Origin: a virus
Taxonomy: Duplodnaviria; Caudoviricetes
DNA: 64,000 nt
Reading direction: 5' to 3' (one strand)
Virus record (IMG/VR): IMGVR_UViG_3300032295_002257
Location: 1-64,000 of that record
In this document: piece after piece, positions 47,141-55,863 of the stretch
Layout: every line of letters begins with the position of its first letter
How positions within the stretch are numbered: position 1 is the stretch's first letter
Notes under the pieces: generated by a model
Databases searched by the model: none
What the model saw: the letters and a program-made list of their open reading frames with translations, nothing else
What the model was told of the DNA's origin: nothing
Position numbers and translations under genes: made by a program

Positions 47141-48276
47141 TATGCGTAATATAATTTAATTCCAGATTCATATTTACTTTTATACATAGTAAGTAATTGT
47201 TTTCGTTGACTACCATTTCGTTTACAACTTAGATGAAACCAAATATTATTCCCATGTTCAAATATAAATTGGTCAAATGGTAAATTAGCTCTTACCCATC
47301 TAGAGGCTTCCAAATACTCCGATGGTGAAAATCCTGAAAACTGAATATCAACTGCTTCTCCTTTTTCATGTTGAGATACCCCACCAGGAACGGAAGGAGT
47401 TCCTCTAAACCCCGAATTTATTCTGGCATTTGGAAATTGTTTTTTGAGTGGTTCTAATATATTAATTGCTACATTTTGTAAATTACAAACAATATCATTT
47501 TCACTCAATCCTCTTTGTGCTTTTATTTTATGTGGAAATCCAGCTCCTATCGATAAATCTCGTAATCTATAATTTGGTGAAATTTTTGCATCGTAATCAA
47601 GACCAGAACCACATTTTATAGATTCTGCTTCTTTATTTGTAACGGGTTCATCATCTTTTTCATCTATCACAGGTTCTATTTCTTCATATGGAGTATTATC
47701 CGCAGGTAGCTCATCCATTACTCGTGATAATTGAGGGCCCGGATCATCTCCCGCATCTACCAATATTTCCTTTCCCGTTTGGGCAACAACTTCTTTAGCC
47801 CCCTCAACTGTATTATTATCTGCGGGTAATTCATCCAATAAAGTTGCAGTAGGTATTTCGGGTGGTGCAGCAGGTGTGGGAGGAATTGATATTGCAGGAG
47901 TCCATGTACCTGGATTTGTAACTATGTTAGATGTAACTCCAACATTACTAATTGCTCCAGGCGATGGAATTAACGGAAACGGAAATTCGTTTAGTATTGC
48001 ACCTTGCCAATATGCCAATACACCCTTTCCCATTTCACCAACTAAATCATATGGGTTGGTAGATGATAATCCCTTTTGAAGGGCTGCTTTAAACAGCTGC
48101 TCCATTATTTCTGTATTACCTTTTTTAAGAGCAACCCTATTAATCGTATCACCACCTCTTTTTATTGCAGCATCATATTCGGTTGCATACAATTTTGCTA
48201 CAGTATCTATATCTTTTATAGAATCCGGATTGTTAGCTTTTGCTAAAATATTTTGTTTAAAAATTTCCCAAGACAT
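47140..48276 (-). CDS. Tail-associated peptidase M15A (Zn peptidoglycan peptidase)
   Basis: ISPNYRL, INSGFR, SQHEKGEAVD and WFHLS; Pro/acidic linker. Confidence 0.8.
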   Translation of the reverse strand: MSWEIFKQNILAKANNPDSIKDIDTVAKLYATEYDAAIKRGGDTINRVALKKGNTEIMEQLFKAALQKGLSSTNPYDLVGEMGKGVLAYWQGAILNEFPFPLIPSPGAISNVGVTSNIVTNPGTWTPAISIPPTPAAPPEIPTATLLDELPADNNTVEGAKEVVAQTGKEILVDAGDDPGPQLSRVMDELPADNTPYEEIEPVIDEKDDEPVTNKEAESIKCGSGLDYDAKISPNYRLRDLSIGAGFPHKIKAQRGLSENDIVCNLQNVAINILEPLKKQFPNARINSGFRGTPSVPGGVSQHEKGEAVDIQFSGFSPSEYLEASRWVRANLPFDQFIFEHGNNIWFHLSCKRNGSQRKQLLTMYKSKYESGIKLYYA

Positions 48277-48282
48277 ATAATT

Positions 48283-48834
48283 TTATATTTTAGGAATGTT
48301 AGATGTAACATTTGAAATCTTATCAGTAGCAGATGATGCCATTGATGTTATTCCACCAACTGCTCCCTTTACGCCGGAAGTTATTCCACCAACTGCACCT
48401 GTTACTCCCGCAGCTGCTCCAGCTATAGCTCCAGCCACATTTGGAACTTTTGGTAATTCTATAGATGGCACCGATGGGATTGGTGGTACTTTAGGTATAT
48501 TTGGAAGTTTACTTTTCTTAAACTTTTTTATTCTATCTTCAGGTAACTTCTTTGGTTTGAATTTTGGAACTTTTGGAAGTTTTGGTAGTTTGAATCCCTT
48601 TATAGCTGCAATTGCTCCGGTAACCGCACCTACTGCACCCGCTGCCGCTGCTTTAGCTGCATCAGCTGCGGCTTTAGCTTTATCAGCTGCTTCCTTTGCT
48701 GCGGCTTTAGCTTTATCCGCTGCGGCTTGTGCTGCTGCTTTAGCTTTATCTGCCTGTTCTTTTGCTAATGCTTTAGCTTGGTCAGCTTGTGCTTTGGCTT
48801 GATTTGATACTTCTTTTGAACTTATTTCTGCCAT
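48283..48834 (-). CDS. Low-complexity protein with 11-residue amphipathic repeats
   Basis: Four ADxAKAxAxxx units, a Lys/Pro core and two GAVGGITSxxx units; abuts both neighbours. Confidence 0.65.
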   Translation of the reverse strand: MAEISSKEVSNQAKAQADQAKALAKEQADKAKAAAQAAADKAKAAAKEAADKAKAAADAAKAAAAGAVGAVTGAIAAIKGFKLPKLPKVPKFKPKKLPEDRIKKFKKSKLPNIPKVPPIPSVPSIELPKVPNVAGAIAGAAAGVTGAVGGITSGVKGAVGGITSMASSATDKISNVTSNIPKI

Positions 48835-50063
48835 TATGAAGTTTGATTTAATTTACTAAGTATATTATTCAACTTTGATTTTATACCACCAAAATCTGAT
48901 ATATTTTCAGGTCCTACTTTTGTTGGGCCTGATGGAGTTAGGAATACTTGATTTGTTATTGCATCTATTAATTCTGAAAGAATGTTAACCAATTGCTGTC
49001 CCTTAACTATTGGTTCTAATTCTGTGTTACCCAAAAATATAGAACCCTTTCCAGTATACATTAGAATATCTCTATCATTTGTAATCACATTTATATTATC
49101 ACCAACACTAACATCAATCCCTAACTTATTATCAATTGACATTGCCCCATCGGAAATAAATCCATAATTTTTTTTGGAGTAAAACATCATTTCTGCATTT
49201 TTTGCTGAAATTATTACTCTTCCCGAATTTATAAGTATTTGGTCTCCAATTAGTTTTGATGGGTAATCTCCAAATGATTGTGGCTTTGTTTCAAAATCAG
49301 ATTTACCATTATCATCAACTGTACCCGGTTGAAATCCTAATTGATATTGGTCTGAACCAAATACTATCACACTTCCATCTCTGTTAATATCTTCTTCTAC
49401 GACTTTATTTTGTCCTAATTTTCTATTTAATGGACTCTCACTATTTCGTATTATTAAAGTTGGTGAAAATTGATTTTTATCATTATTGAAACCTGAAAAT
49501 CTTATTGATTGACCAAATCGTGATTCTATTGTAGCATCACCTTCATATAGCTTTAATTTATGAATTCCCAATTGAGGTTGGTAGTATTTACCATATCCTA
49601 TATTTTCCGATGTATTGGTAGAACCTTTTGATATTCCAGTCGATGCTACTTCTTGATAATCCTTTGATGTATTTTTAGATTGGGGTTGTGGAGTTGTTGT
49701 ATCAGTTATACTTGTTTTTGCATTTGTAAACGATGGATTAAAATCTAATCCTATTCTCCTATATCCATAGAATCCCGGTGAAAATTCATATATTTCAACT
49801 AATTCATTTTTAATTGGTAGGTTTTTAAAACCTTTATCCATAGGATGTGCAACAGGTAAATCACCTTCTGGTGTTGTTAAATCATCAGTTGTTCTAAATT
49901 TTATAGAACCAATAAATGAAGCCTCAATTCCTTTATCTTTTACAAATGGATGCGTATCATCTAATATAATATCATAAACATATGCAGTTTTTTTATTCTG
50001 CGCTGATCCATTTCTACCTGATAATGAATTTGAATTACCAACTCTTCCTCCAAATAATCCCAT
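48834..50063 (-). CDS. Baseplate hub/central spike protein (gp5-like)
   Basis: LPIKNELV OB-fold-like N-terminus, EGDATIESRFGQSIRF, ILINSGRVIISAK and C-terminal TPSGPT. Confidence 0.65.
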   Translation of the reverse strand: MGLFGGRVGNSNSLSGRNGSAQNKKTAYVYDIILDDTHPFVKDKGIEASFIGSIKFRTTDDLTTPEGDLPVAHPMDKGFKNLPIKNELVEIYEFSPGFYGYRRIGLDFNPSFTNAKTSITDTTTPQPQSKNTSKDYQEVASTGISKGSTNTSENIGYGKYYQPQLGIHKLKLYEGDATIESRFGQSIRFSGFNNDKNQFSPTLIIRNSESPLNRKLGQNKVVEEDINRDGSVIVFGSDQYQLGFQPGTVDDNGKSDFETKPQSFGDYPSKLIGDQILINSGRVIISAKNAEMMFYSKKNYGFISDGAMSIDNKLGIDVSVGDNINVITNDRDILMYTGKGSIFLGNTELEPIVKGQQLVNILSELIDAITNQVFLTPSGPTKVGPENISDFGGIKSKLNNILSKLNQTS

Positions 50064-50064
50064 A

Positions 50065-50457
50065 TTATTTAAGTTTCTTTTTTATTTCTTCTAACTCAAT
50101 TCCAAGTTCATCTATCTTCTCAACTTCATTTTTGGTATCCTCCAAATCGTTAAGTAATTGAGCTTTTTCCTCTTCAGTAAGGAATCCATCCTGTCCTTCG
50201 GTTTTCTTATCTGCGGTTATAATTTTTTGTGCAATGCTTGCAAGTTTAACCAATTGGTCATCGTTTTTAATAGATGAATCGATAAGGTCTTTTATAATTG
50301 GGCCAAGCATACCCACATCACCTTTATGCTGAATCATTTTTTTGATTTCAGAAATCAGTCCTGATATTCTTTCTTTTTTACTTGTTTGATTATCGTAGAT
50401 ATCTTTAAATAACCCGCTTAGATTTTTACCAGGAAATATTTCAAATTCTGTACTCAT
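50065..50457 (-). CDS. Hypothetical helical protein
   Basis: 130-aa ORF with a late motif upstream. Confidence 0.6.
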   Translation of the reverse strand: MSTEFEIFPGKNLSGLFKDIYDNQTSKKERISGLISEIKKMIQHKGDVGMLGPIIKDLIDSSIKNDDQLVKLASIAQKIITADKKTEGQDGFLTEEEKAQLLNDLEDTKNEVEKIDELGIELEEIKKKLK

Positions 50458-50482
50458 AGCTTTTTTATATATTAGTTCAAAC

Positions 50483-50491
50483 TATAAATAT
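50483..50491 (-). promoter_or_regulatory. Putative late promoter motif ATATTTATA
   Basis: Upstream of the start at 50457. Confidence 0.55.
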
Positions 50492-50502
50492 ATAAAAAGA
50501 AA

Positions 50503-50525
50503 AAACCTCACTTTGGATGAGGTTT
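50503..50525 (-). terminator. Intrinsic terminator
   Basis: AAACCTCA-ctttgga-TGAGGTTT with a T-run on the minus strand. Confidence 0.75.
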
Positions 50526-50622
50526 ATGATTTTTTCTTGTAAATTCCCTTTTTTTGTTGTTCCTTTACAGTCTTTTTAGCCATTCTTTTACGATTCTTAG
50601 CTACTGATTCTCTCTTTGTCAT
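50524..50622 (-). CDS. 32-aa highly basic peptide
   Basis: Manual translation MTKRESVAKNRKRMAKKTVKEQQKKGIYKKKS*; ATG follows the upstream stop by 1 nt and the stop abuts a terminator. Confidence 0.5.
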   Translation of the reverse strand: MTKRESVAKNRKRMAKKTVKEQQKKGIYKKKS

Positions 50623-50623
50623 T

Positions 50624-51436
50624 TTAAACTGCGGTTATTTGAATTTTTATTTTTGGTTCATATCCATCAGGTAGGCTTCTTTTAATACCTTCGAATTTTT
50701 CTACTTTATCTTTTAAATAATGTAATGAAAATATCTTATCAGTTAAGTTCATAACAGTTTGTGATGATGTGAACATTTTATTTGTATCTCTTCTCATATT
50801 AAGTTGAGAATCGGATTTATAAAATTGTTTTCTCATCATAGGTGCGATTTGATGCCAATCGGTTACCTTATCTATTGTTTTTTCTGCTGATATTTTTCTT
50901 ATAGTAGAACTCTTATAGTCTATACCATTAGTATATCCCGCATCACTAAATATATGTCCGTGATTTGTTCTAACTACCGGATTTTCAATGTTTTGTAAAG
51001 TTAATTGAGGTTCGTGTTTGGAAGTTTGTTCAACTGAAATCATATACTTCGGAGATGATACAAAAGTATGCCCCTTTACACCACTATTAGTTCCACTCTT
51101 ACCTACTACAACTTTAACTGCATCCTTTAGAGTTTTTTTGGATAATACTTCTCTAATTCTAGCTCCATCTTTTGATGGTTTACCCTTCTTCTTAACAATT
51201 TTCTTTTCAGCCTCGTCATGCCCAACCATAAGTGCTGAGTTAACTAAACCTATTCCAAACTCATTCATACCTTCACTCCAATCAGTTGTTACATCATGTA
51301 AGTAAACTACCTCAACTCCATCTAAGATGGTATGCACCACCTCTAAAACGGGTTTATAAGCCCTGTCTCTATTTTTTGCGAGAATAAACTTATCGTTTAC
51401 TTCTTTAGATACAATGATACATTCTAATAAATTCAC
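50624..51436 (-). CDS. Ntn-hydrolase superfamily protein (C45/NRDE-like)
   Basis: GTG start, MNLLE-CIIVSK...LAKNRDR, WSEGMNEFGIGLVNSAL and VRTNHG. Confidence 0.7.
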   Translation of the reverse strand: MNLLECIIVSKEVNDKFILAKNRDRAYKPVLEVVHTILDGVEVVYLHDVTTDWSEGMNEFGIGLVNSALMVGHDEAEKKIVKKKGKPSKDGARIREVLSKKTLKDAVKVVVGKSGTNSGVKGHTFVSSPKYMISVEQTSKHEPQLTLQNIENPVVRTNHGHIFSDAGYTNGIDYKSSTIRKISAEKTIDKVTDWHQIAPMMRKQFYKSDSQLNMRRDTNKMFTSSQTVMNLTDKIFSLHYLKDKVEKFEGIKRSLPDGYEPKIKIQITAV

Positions 51437-51456
51437 TTTCTGATTGGGTTTGTGAC

Positions 51457-51465
51457 AATAAATAT
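51457..51465 (-). promoter_or_regulatory. Putative late promoter motif ATATTTATT
   Basis: Upstream of the start at 51436. Confidence 0.5.
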
Positions 51466-51502
51466 AAAAAAATGTATAATATCATTATTTTTAAATAAAA
51501 AA

Positions 51503-51525
51503 TGGGGAGAATTAAATCCTCCCCA
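51503..51525. terminator. Intrinsic terminator hairpin
   Basis: TGGGGAG-aattaaatc-CTCCCCA flanked by A-runs. Confidence 0.7.
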
Positions 51526-51569
51526 AAAAATACACTAATAATGCACTAAAAATAAAAAATTTGGTTATC

Positions 51570-51824
51570 TTATCCCTCTTCTTCAGTTGAATCAGCTTTT
51601 TTACTATTGATAAACTTATCAATTGAACCGATACCAAATGAGCCCAAGCAGATAACTAAAAATGAGTTATAAATAAACTCATTAATAACCAAGTCTTTAC
51701 CAAAATACCCAGTTACCAAATCAGCTACCATAGCTACTACCATTACAGCAAATGCTGCAAAACCAACGACTGATTTTTCGTTGATTTGATTATCATCGCT
51801 AAATAATTCTTTCCAAAATCCCAT
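51570..51824 (-). CDS. Two-TM membrane protein, holin-like
   Basis: 84 aa with two hydrophobic segments and a charged C-terminus. Confidence 0.45.
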   Translation of the reverse strand: MGFWKELFSDDNQINEKSVVGFAAFAVMVVAMVADLVTGYFGKDLVINEFIYNSFLVICLGSFGIGSIDKFINSKKADSTEEEG

Positions 51825-51891
51825 AGTTTTAAATTTAAAATTTTAATTAACTATGTAACCTTATATTGCTGAGAACTATTGCTGAAAACTA

Positions 51892-52263
51892 TTATTGTAA
51901 GTTTGTTAACTTATATTTTGTTGAATATAATAAAGTTGCTATCTGGTCCAAATCATTCTGAATCCAACTTGATTGTAATTTAGGTTCTTTTCTTTCCTTT
52001 GCTAAAAATTTAGAAAGGTTATCAAAGTATCTAACCATATTCTCTTTGGATGCATCGTTATCTACCCCATTTACTTCCTTATATTCGATTAAACCATATT
52101 GTCCCTGGTAAGTTTCAACCAAACCATCTATAAGTGGTATAATCCCTTCGTAATAGGTTTGTAGAGCGGTGTGTGCTGCTAATGAACCCGGCCCAGTTAC
52201 TCTTGTATGAAATATGTGGGCCTGAGTGCGGCTGTGAAAAAACATTGATGCTATGCGCTCCAT
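51892..52263 (-). CDS. Ferritin/Dps-like four-helix protein (DUF5856-like)
   Basis: HSRTQAHIFH...AHTALQTYYEGI..LIDGLVETYQG pattern. Confidence 0.6.
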   Translation of the reverse strand: MERIASMFFHSRTQAHIFHTRVTGPGSLAAHTALQTYYEGIIPLIDGLVETYQGQYGLIEYKEVNGVDNDASKENMVRYFDNLSKFLAKERKEPKLQSSWIQNDLDQIATLLYSTKYKLTNLQ

Positions 52264-52283
52264 AATATATTCTATTTTACTAT

Positions 52284-52292
52284 AATAAATAT
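52284..52292 (-). promoter_or_regulatory. Putative late promoter motif ATATTTATT
   Basis: Upstream of the start at 52263. Confidence 0.5.
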
Positions 52293-52310
52293 GAATATTT
52301 AGAAAAATAG

Positions 52311-53156
52311 TTATTTTAAGGATTTTAATCTGATGTAGTTGGTATATTCTTGAACCATAATCTGATTTAAACTTTGAAAAAAGTTGATTATATAAGATTG
52401 ATTTAAATGGCTATCTAACCAATTTTTATAGATGGCATTATTGGTGGTGTCCATTGATAATGAATGATACTCTTGCATATCGTATTTATCATCAATATCA
52501 ATTACCGAAAATCTACTATTAAACTTATTTGCAAAATAATAAAGAAATACATTCCAAGCTGAAGTATGTTCATCTTCTGTAATTCGATTGTATATGTTTT
52601 CTGAAAAATAGTTTAGGACTATATCGGAATCAATCCTATTAAATTTTTTGATTGTGAATTGAACATTATTGTTTTTTGATATATCCATATATTTGGATAC
52701 AATATCAACCACTTCATTATTATCAATTTCCGATACATCGGAAAGCATTGAATCTACTAATTCAACAAACCCACTAAGTAATCTAATTATCGGGTTTCTT
52801 GTAACAAAAACCCAATGCCAATTTTTAGAAATTTTATTTGTTGTAATATCTTCAATATTATCTATATTCAAAATATCCAAAAACTCATCAACTTTTATAT
52901 TTGAATTATCTTTAAAATACTCAAAGCTATAATCATAAAATTGAATATCGTTAACATTATCAATATGGTTATATAGATTTCTATTTTTTACCCTAAATTC
53001 AATAAATTTAGTTTCCGAATCTATATGTTCAAAATATCTACTAGCTATTTTTTTCGTAGTTACATATATTTTATCTTTGGCAATACTAAAACATATTATT
53101 GGTAATCCAATTGATGCATTTTTCTTTAAACAGCTTAATATATATTCTAAATCCAT
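52311..53156 (-). CDS. Sulfotransferase-2 family-like protein
   Basis: TKKIASRYF (5'-PSB-like), FVTRNPIIRLLSG (3'-PB-like) and DEHT. Confidence 0.6.
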   Translation of the reverse strand: MDLEYILSCLKKNASIGLPIICFSIAKDKIYVTTKKIASRYFEHIDSETKFIEFRVKNRNLYNHIDNVNDIQFYDYSFEYFKDNSNIKVDEFLDILNIDNIEDITTNKISKNWHWVFVTRNPIIRLLSGFVELVDSMLSDVSEIDNNEVVDIVSKYMDISKNNNVQFTIKKFNRIDSDIVLNYFSENIYNRITEDEHTSAWNVFLYYFANKFNSRFSVIDIDDKYDMQEYHSLSMDTTNNAIYKNWLDSHLNQSYIINFFQSLNQIMVQEYTNYIRLKSLK

Positions 53157-53162
53157 ATTTAA

Positions 53163-53906
53163 TTATTCATCATCATCGCCATCGTATGTATAACCTTCTG
53201 TCCAAAATTCATTAGAATTATCGGTAATCATACCATGCTCTAAATAATCATTAAGTAATTTAATTTGATGCTTTTTCATTTCGTTCACTACCTTTGTAAT
53301 GTAATGAGTCTTACAATCTGTCATTTCTCTGATAAGGAGATATAAGTGTTTCTTATTAAAGTTTTCTATGTATTGGCTTCTACGGAATAGTTCTAATACC
53401 GCATCTGCAATTTGTATATCTCTTTTTTTAGAAAATATTCTAGTAAGATTTTTATCCCAATATTTTAACATTAAATGTTTAAACTCAACATACTCATCAC
53501 CTAATTGGGTTTCGTTAAAATCATTTGGTGGATTCCAACTTTCAGGCATTTCTGAAAGCAATGCTGTCTTTTTGAATCTTTTATAGTTTCCGTTATTTTT
53601 AAGGATTAGATGATTCTTTGCAACAATAGAAAAATAAGAGAAAGCCTTTCCCCTTCCTTCTTTAAACATATGTATCTTTTCAATTAGAGTAGATACTACT
53701 TCCATTTGAACATCAATCTTTGGAACATCAAAGTAAGAAAACTTAAATGTATTAAGAATGTTCTCTGCTAATTTTTCAAAAGGATATTGGATTTCATCTT
53801 TATATATTTTATTCCTTACAACCGGGTCTTTTGTTAAGTTGTATTGTATAATAGCCTTTTCAGTATCTAATGTAAAATATACTTTATTCTTTCTTTTTCT
53901 AGGCAT
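53163..53906 (-). CDS. Sigma-70 region 2-like protein, candidate late sigma factor (gp55 analogue)
   Basis: DVQMEVVSTLIEKIHMFKEGRGKAFSYFSIVAKN resembles sigma regions 2.2-2.3; C-terminal helical segment. Confidence 0.55.
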   Translation of the reverse strand: MPRKRKNKVYFTLDTEKAIIQYNLTKDPVVRNKIYKDEIQYPFEKLAENILNTFKFSYFDVPKIDVQMEVVSTLIEKIHMFKEGRGKAFSYFSIVAKNHLILKNNGNYKRFKKTALLSEMPESWNPPNDFNETQLGDEYVEFKHLMLKYWDKNLTRIFSKKRDIQIADAVLELFRRSQYIENFNKKHLYLLIREMTDCKTHYITKVVNEMKKHQIKLLNDYLEHGMITDNSNEFWTEGYTYDGDDDE

Positions 53907-54180
53907 CTTGTTCTATATTATTGTATATTTCTATAATGGTTTTTAATTGTCTAAAAACAGAACCAACTTCATCATCCGATTCAAAAGATCCTCTCAAATC
54001 AATCTCTCTCATTTGTGCTAACATTGATTCCAAACCCTCTTTGGTTAATTCATCTTTTAATTGATATTCAATAATAGTATCTTCCAATTCTTCTATTCTA
54101 GTCAATAGGCGGAAGCCTCTGATAGTTAAGATAACAGAAATAATTAAAAGTCCTACGGATATTGATGTTAATATAATCAT
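53899..54180 (-). CDS. Membrane-anchored coiled-coil protein
   Basis: N-terminal TM helix; SFESDDEVGSVF motif. Confidence 0.55.
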   Translation of the reverse strand: MIILTSISVGLLIISVILTIRGFRLLTRIEELEDTIIEYQLKDELTKEGLESMLAQMREIDLRGSFESDDEVGSVFRQLKTIIEIYNNIEQDA

Positions 54181-54191
54181 ATTTTTAAATT

Positions 54192-54416
54192 TTAAGCTTC
54201 TCCAATTGTATTATTAAACCAACTATTCATTTGGTATTTTTGTTCTTCTTTTACCTGTAAACTTAATATCTCCAATTCTTTATTTAGTTTATCAACTCTT
54301 TCCTTTAATCTGATTTCGAATTCACTTCTATCAAATATACCCTGCTCATCCATAATATCAACAATCAATTCTTGTATTATTTGAATTGCTATTAATTGTT
54401 TATTTAGTTCTTCCAT
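54192..54416 (-). CDS. Hypothetical protein
   Basis: 74-aa ORF with operon spacing. Confidence 0.55.
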   Translation of the reverse strand: MEELNKQLIAIQIIQELIVDIMDEQGIFDRSEFEIRLKERVDKLNKELEILSLQVKEEQKYQMNSWFNNTIGEA

Positions 54417-54420
54417 TTTA

Positions 54421-54666
54421 TTATTTTGAGCCCGTTAAACAAGCACTTAGTATATTTATAATTTCTTCCCTTTCGGCTACTTTATCAACATCCCAATCAT
54501 TCCCAAAAGCCTTTTGTATTGTATTTGGATGATAACCCATAGCCGATGCTAATCTCCTACAAACTGTTTTAAATTCTGAAATGGTTAAATCTTCCGGTAT
54601 AGTAAATTCTATATTTTTAGCTTCTCTATGGGATTCGGTTTCGGATGTGTATTTTAATCTTGCCAT
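54421..54666 (-). CDS. Hypothetical protein
   Basis: 81-aa ORF; EFKTVCRRLASAMGY motif. Confidence 0.55.
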   Translation of the reverse strand: MARLKYTSETESHREAKNIEFTIPEDLTISEFKTVCRRLASAMGYHPNTIQKAFGNDWDVDKVAEREEIINILSACLTGSK

Positions 54667-54670
54667 ACTA

Positions 54671-55243
54671 CTAAATGCGATTCCAACCTTTTTGCAAATA
54701 TGAATCTATTTTTTTAGCTTTTACAAATTCCATTTCACCATTTGGTCCTTGCAACATAACTCTCTCATTTCTACCTGCTTCTTTTGTTTTTACGATAGTT
54801 TCAGAATACTGACGAGTAGGGTCTGTTATATCGATACCATTAATTGCATCTATTGCTCTTTGTGCCAATACAGCTTCCAATAAACCCGCATCCATAAAGA
54901 ATTCATCGGCATCTTTCCATTCTTCCTTATCTGCTTTGAATTCAACCTTTCCTAAATTATCGGTATTAACAATCACCCAAGGAACTCTGATAGTTTTTCT
55001 AACTTTATTCTTATTAGTATCCTTTTCAAAATAGACCAATGGCTTATCTGAGAATTGTGAAATTGTTGGATTTACTAATGTAAGTTCATCATCGATTTCT
55101 TTTAATCTAATGGTTACAATTCGTTTATCCATATCAACATCGGATGCGTTAAATACAACACCTGTTAGTTTTGATATTCTATTTTTATATTCGGCTATAT
55201 CGGTTGCCGTAATTTCAGATTGATTTATTTTTCTTACTATCAT
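54671..55243 (-). CDS. Peptide deformylase-like protein with degenerate active site
   Basis: GVVFNASDVDMDKRIV aligns to motif 1, LVNP is retained, FEKDT replaces EGCLS and QRAIDAINGI replaces QHEIDHLNGI. Confidence 0.7.
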   Translation of the reverse strand: MIVRKINQSEITATDIAEYKNRISKLTGVVFNASDVDMDKRIVTIRLKEIDDELTLVNPTISQFSDKPLVYFEKDTNKNKVRKTIRVPWVIVNTDNLGKVEFKADKEEWKDADEFFMDAGLLEAVLAQRAIDAINGIDITDPTRQYSETIVKTKEAGRNERVMLQGPNGEMEFVKAKKIDSYLQKGWNRI

Positions 55244-55265
55244 TTAAATTAAGTTTATAATAATA

Positions 55266-55297
55266 CAAATATACAACTATTTTTGTATAATTCCAAA
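55266..55297 (-). promoter_or_regulatory. Bacteroidota-type sigma70 promoter
   Basis: TTTG-N20-TATATTTG upstream of the start at 55243. Confidence 0.8.
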
Positions 55298-55477
55298 TTA
55301 TTCAGTGCTTTTTTTAGAATTTATATATTCTTCGATTTTATTTGTTAAATAATCAATAGAACCTTCCGGTCCTTCAAACCCCATATACTTCATATAAACT
55401 CTAATACTATCAGGGTTTTCTTCTAATCGTTTTTTTAATTCTTCTAAGGTTGGAAGATGTGCGGTTATATATGTCAT
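55298..55477 (-). CDS. Hypothetical 59-aa protein
   Basis: Manual translation MTYITAHLPTLEELKKRLEENPDSIRVYMKYMGFEGPEGSIDYLTNKIEEYINSKKSTE*; ATGA overlap with the cupin gene. Confidence 0.6.
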   Translation of the reverse strand: MTYITAHLPTLEELKKRLEENPDSIRVYMKYMGFEGPEGSIDYLTNKIEEYINSKKSTE

Positions 55478-55860
55478 TCTAAATCTTTTGGTTCGTTTTT
55501 ATAGATTCGGTAACTATCATCATCAAAGTGTTCTGTAGATACTTCCATTACAATTGAATTGGGCGATAGTGCCGTTAATTGATGCGGTAACCCTTTTTCA
55601 ATATAAACAACATCCCCTATTTGCAATTGAGTTATACAACGTTCCCCATTTTCAGTATCAATCCAATCAAATTGAAATGCTCCATTTTGAATATACCAAG
55701 TTTCATTTTTAATCATGTGGTAGTGCATAGAAAATTTATTTCCCACATTGGTAAACACCAATAACTTCCCACAATACTGATTATCATTATGAACCCATAA
55801 TTCATATCCCCATTTTTTTTCTACTCGCTTTGGTTGCTTTATTTTAACATCAAATTTCAT
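55474..55860 (-). CDS. Cupin-fold protein (sugar isomerase-like)
   Basis: KKWGYELW, SMHYHMIKNETW, PHQL and EVST. Confidence 0.75.
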   Translation of the reverse strand: MKFDVKIKQPKRVEKKWGYELWVHNDNQYCGKLLVFTNVGNKFSMHYHMIKNETWYIQNGAFQFDWIDTENGERCITQLQIGDVVYIEKGLPHQLTALSPNSIVMEVSTEHFDDDSYRIYKNEPKDLE

Positions 55861-55863
55861 ATA

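Noticed and set aside
50065-50457. Possible small terminase subunit
   Set aside because: Size and helical content fit, but no recognisable gp16 motif is present and the gene is far from terL.
51864-51893. 13-bp tandem repeat TATTGCTGAGAAC/TATTGCTGAAAAC
   Set aside because: Only about 2.3 copies and not seen elsewhere; likely a local duplication, with no support for function.
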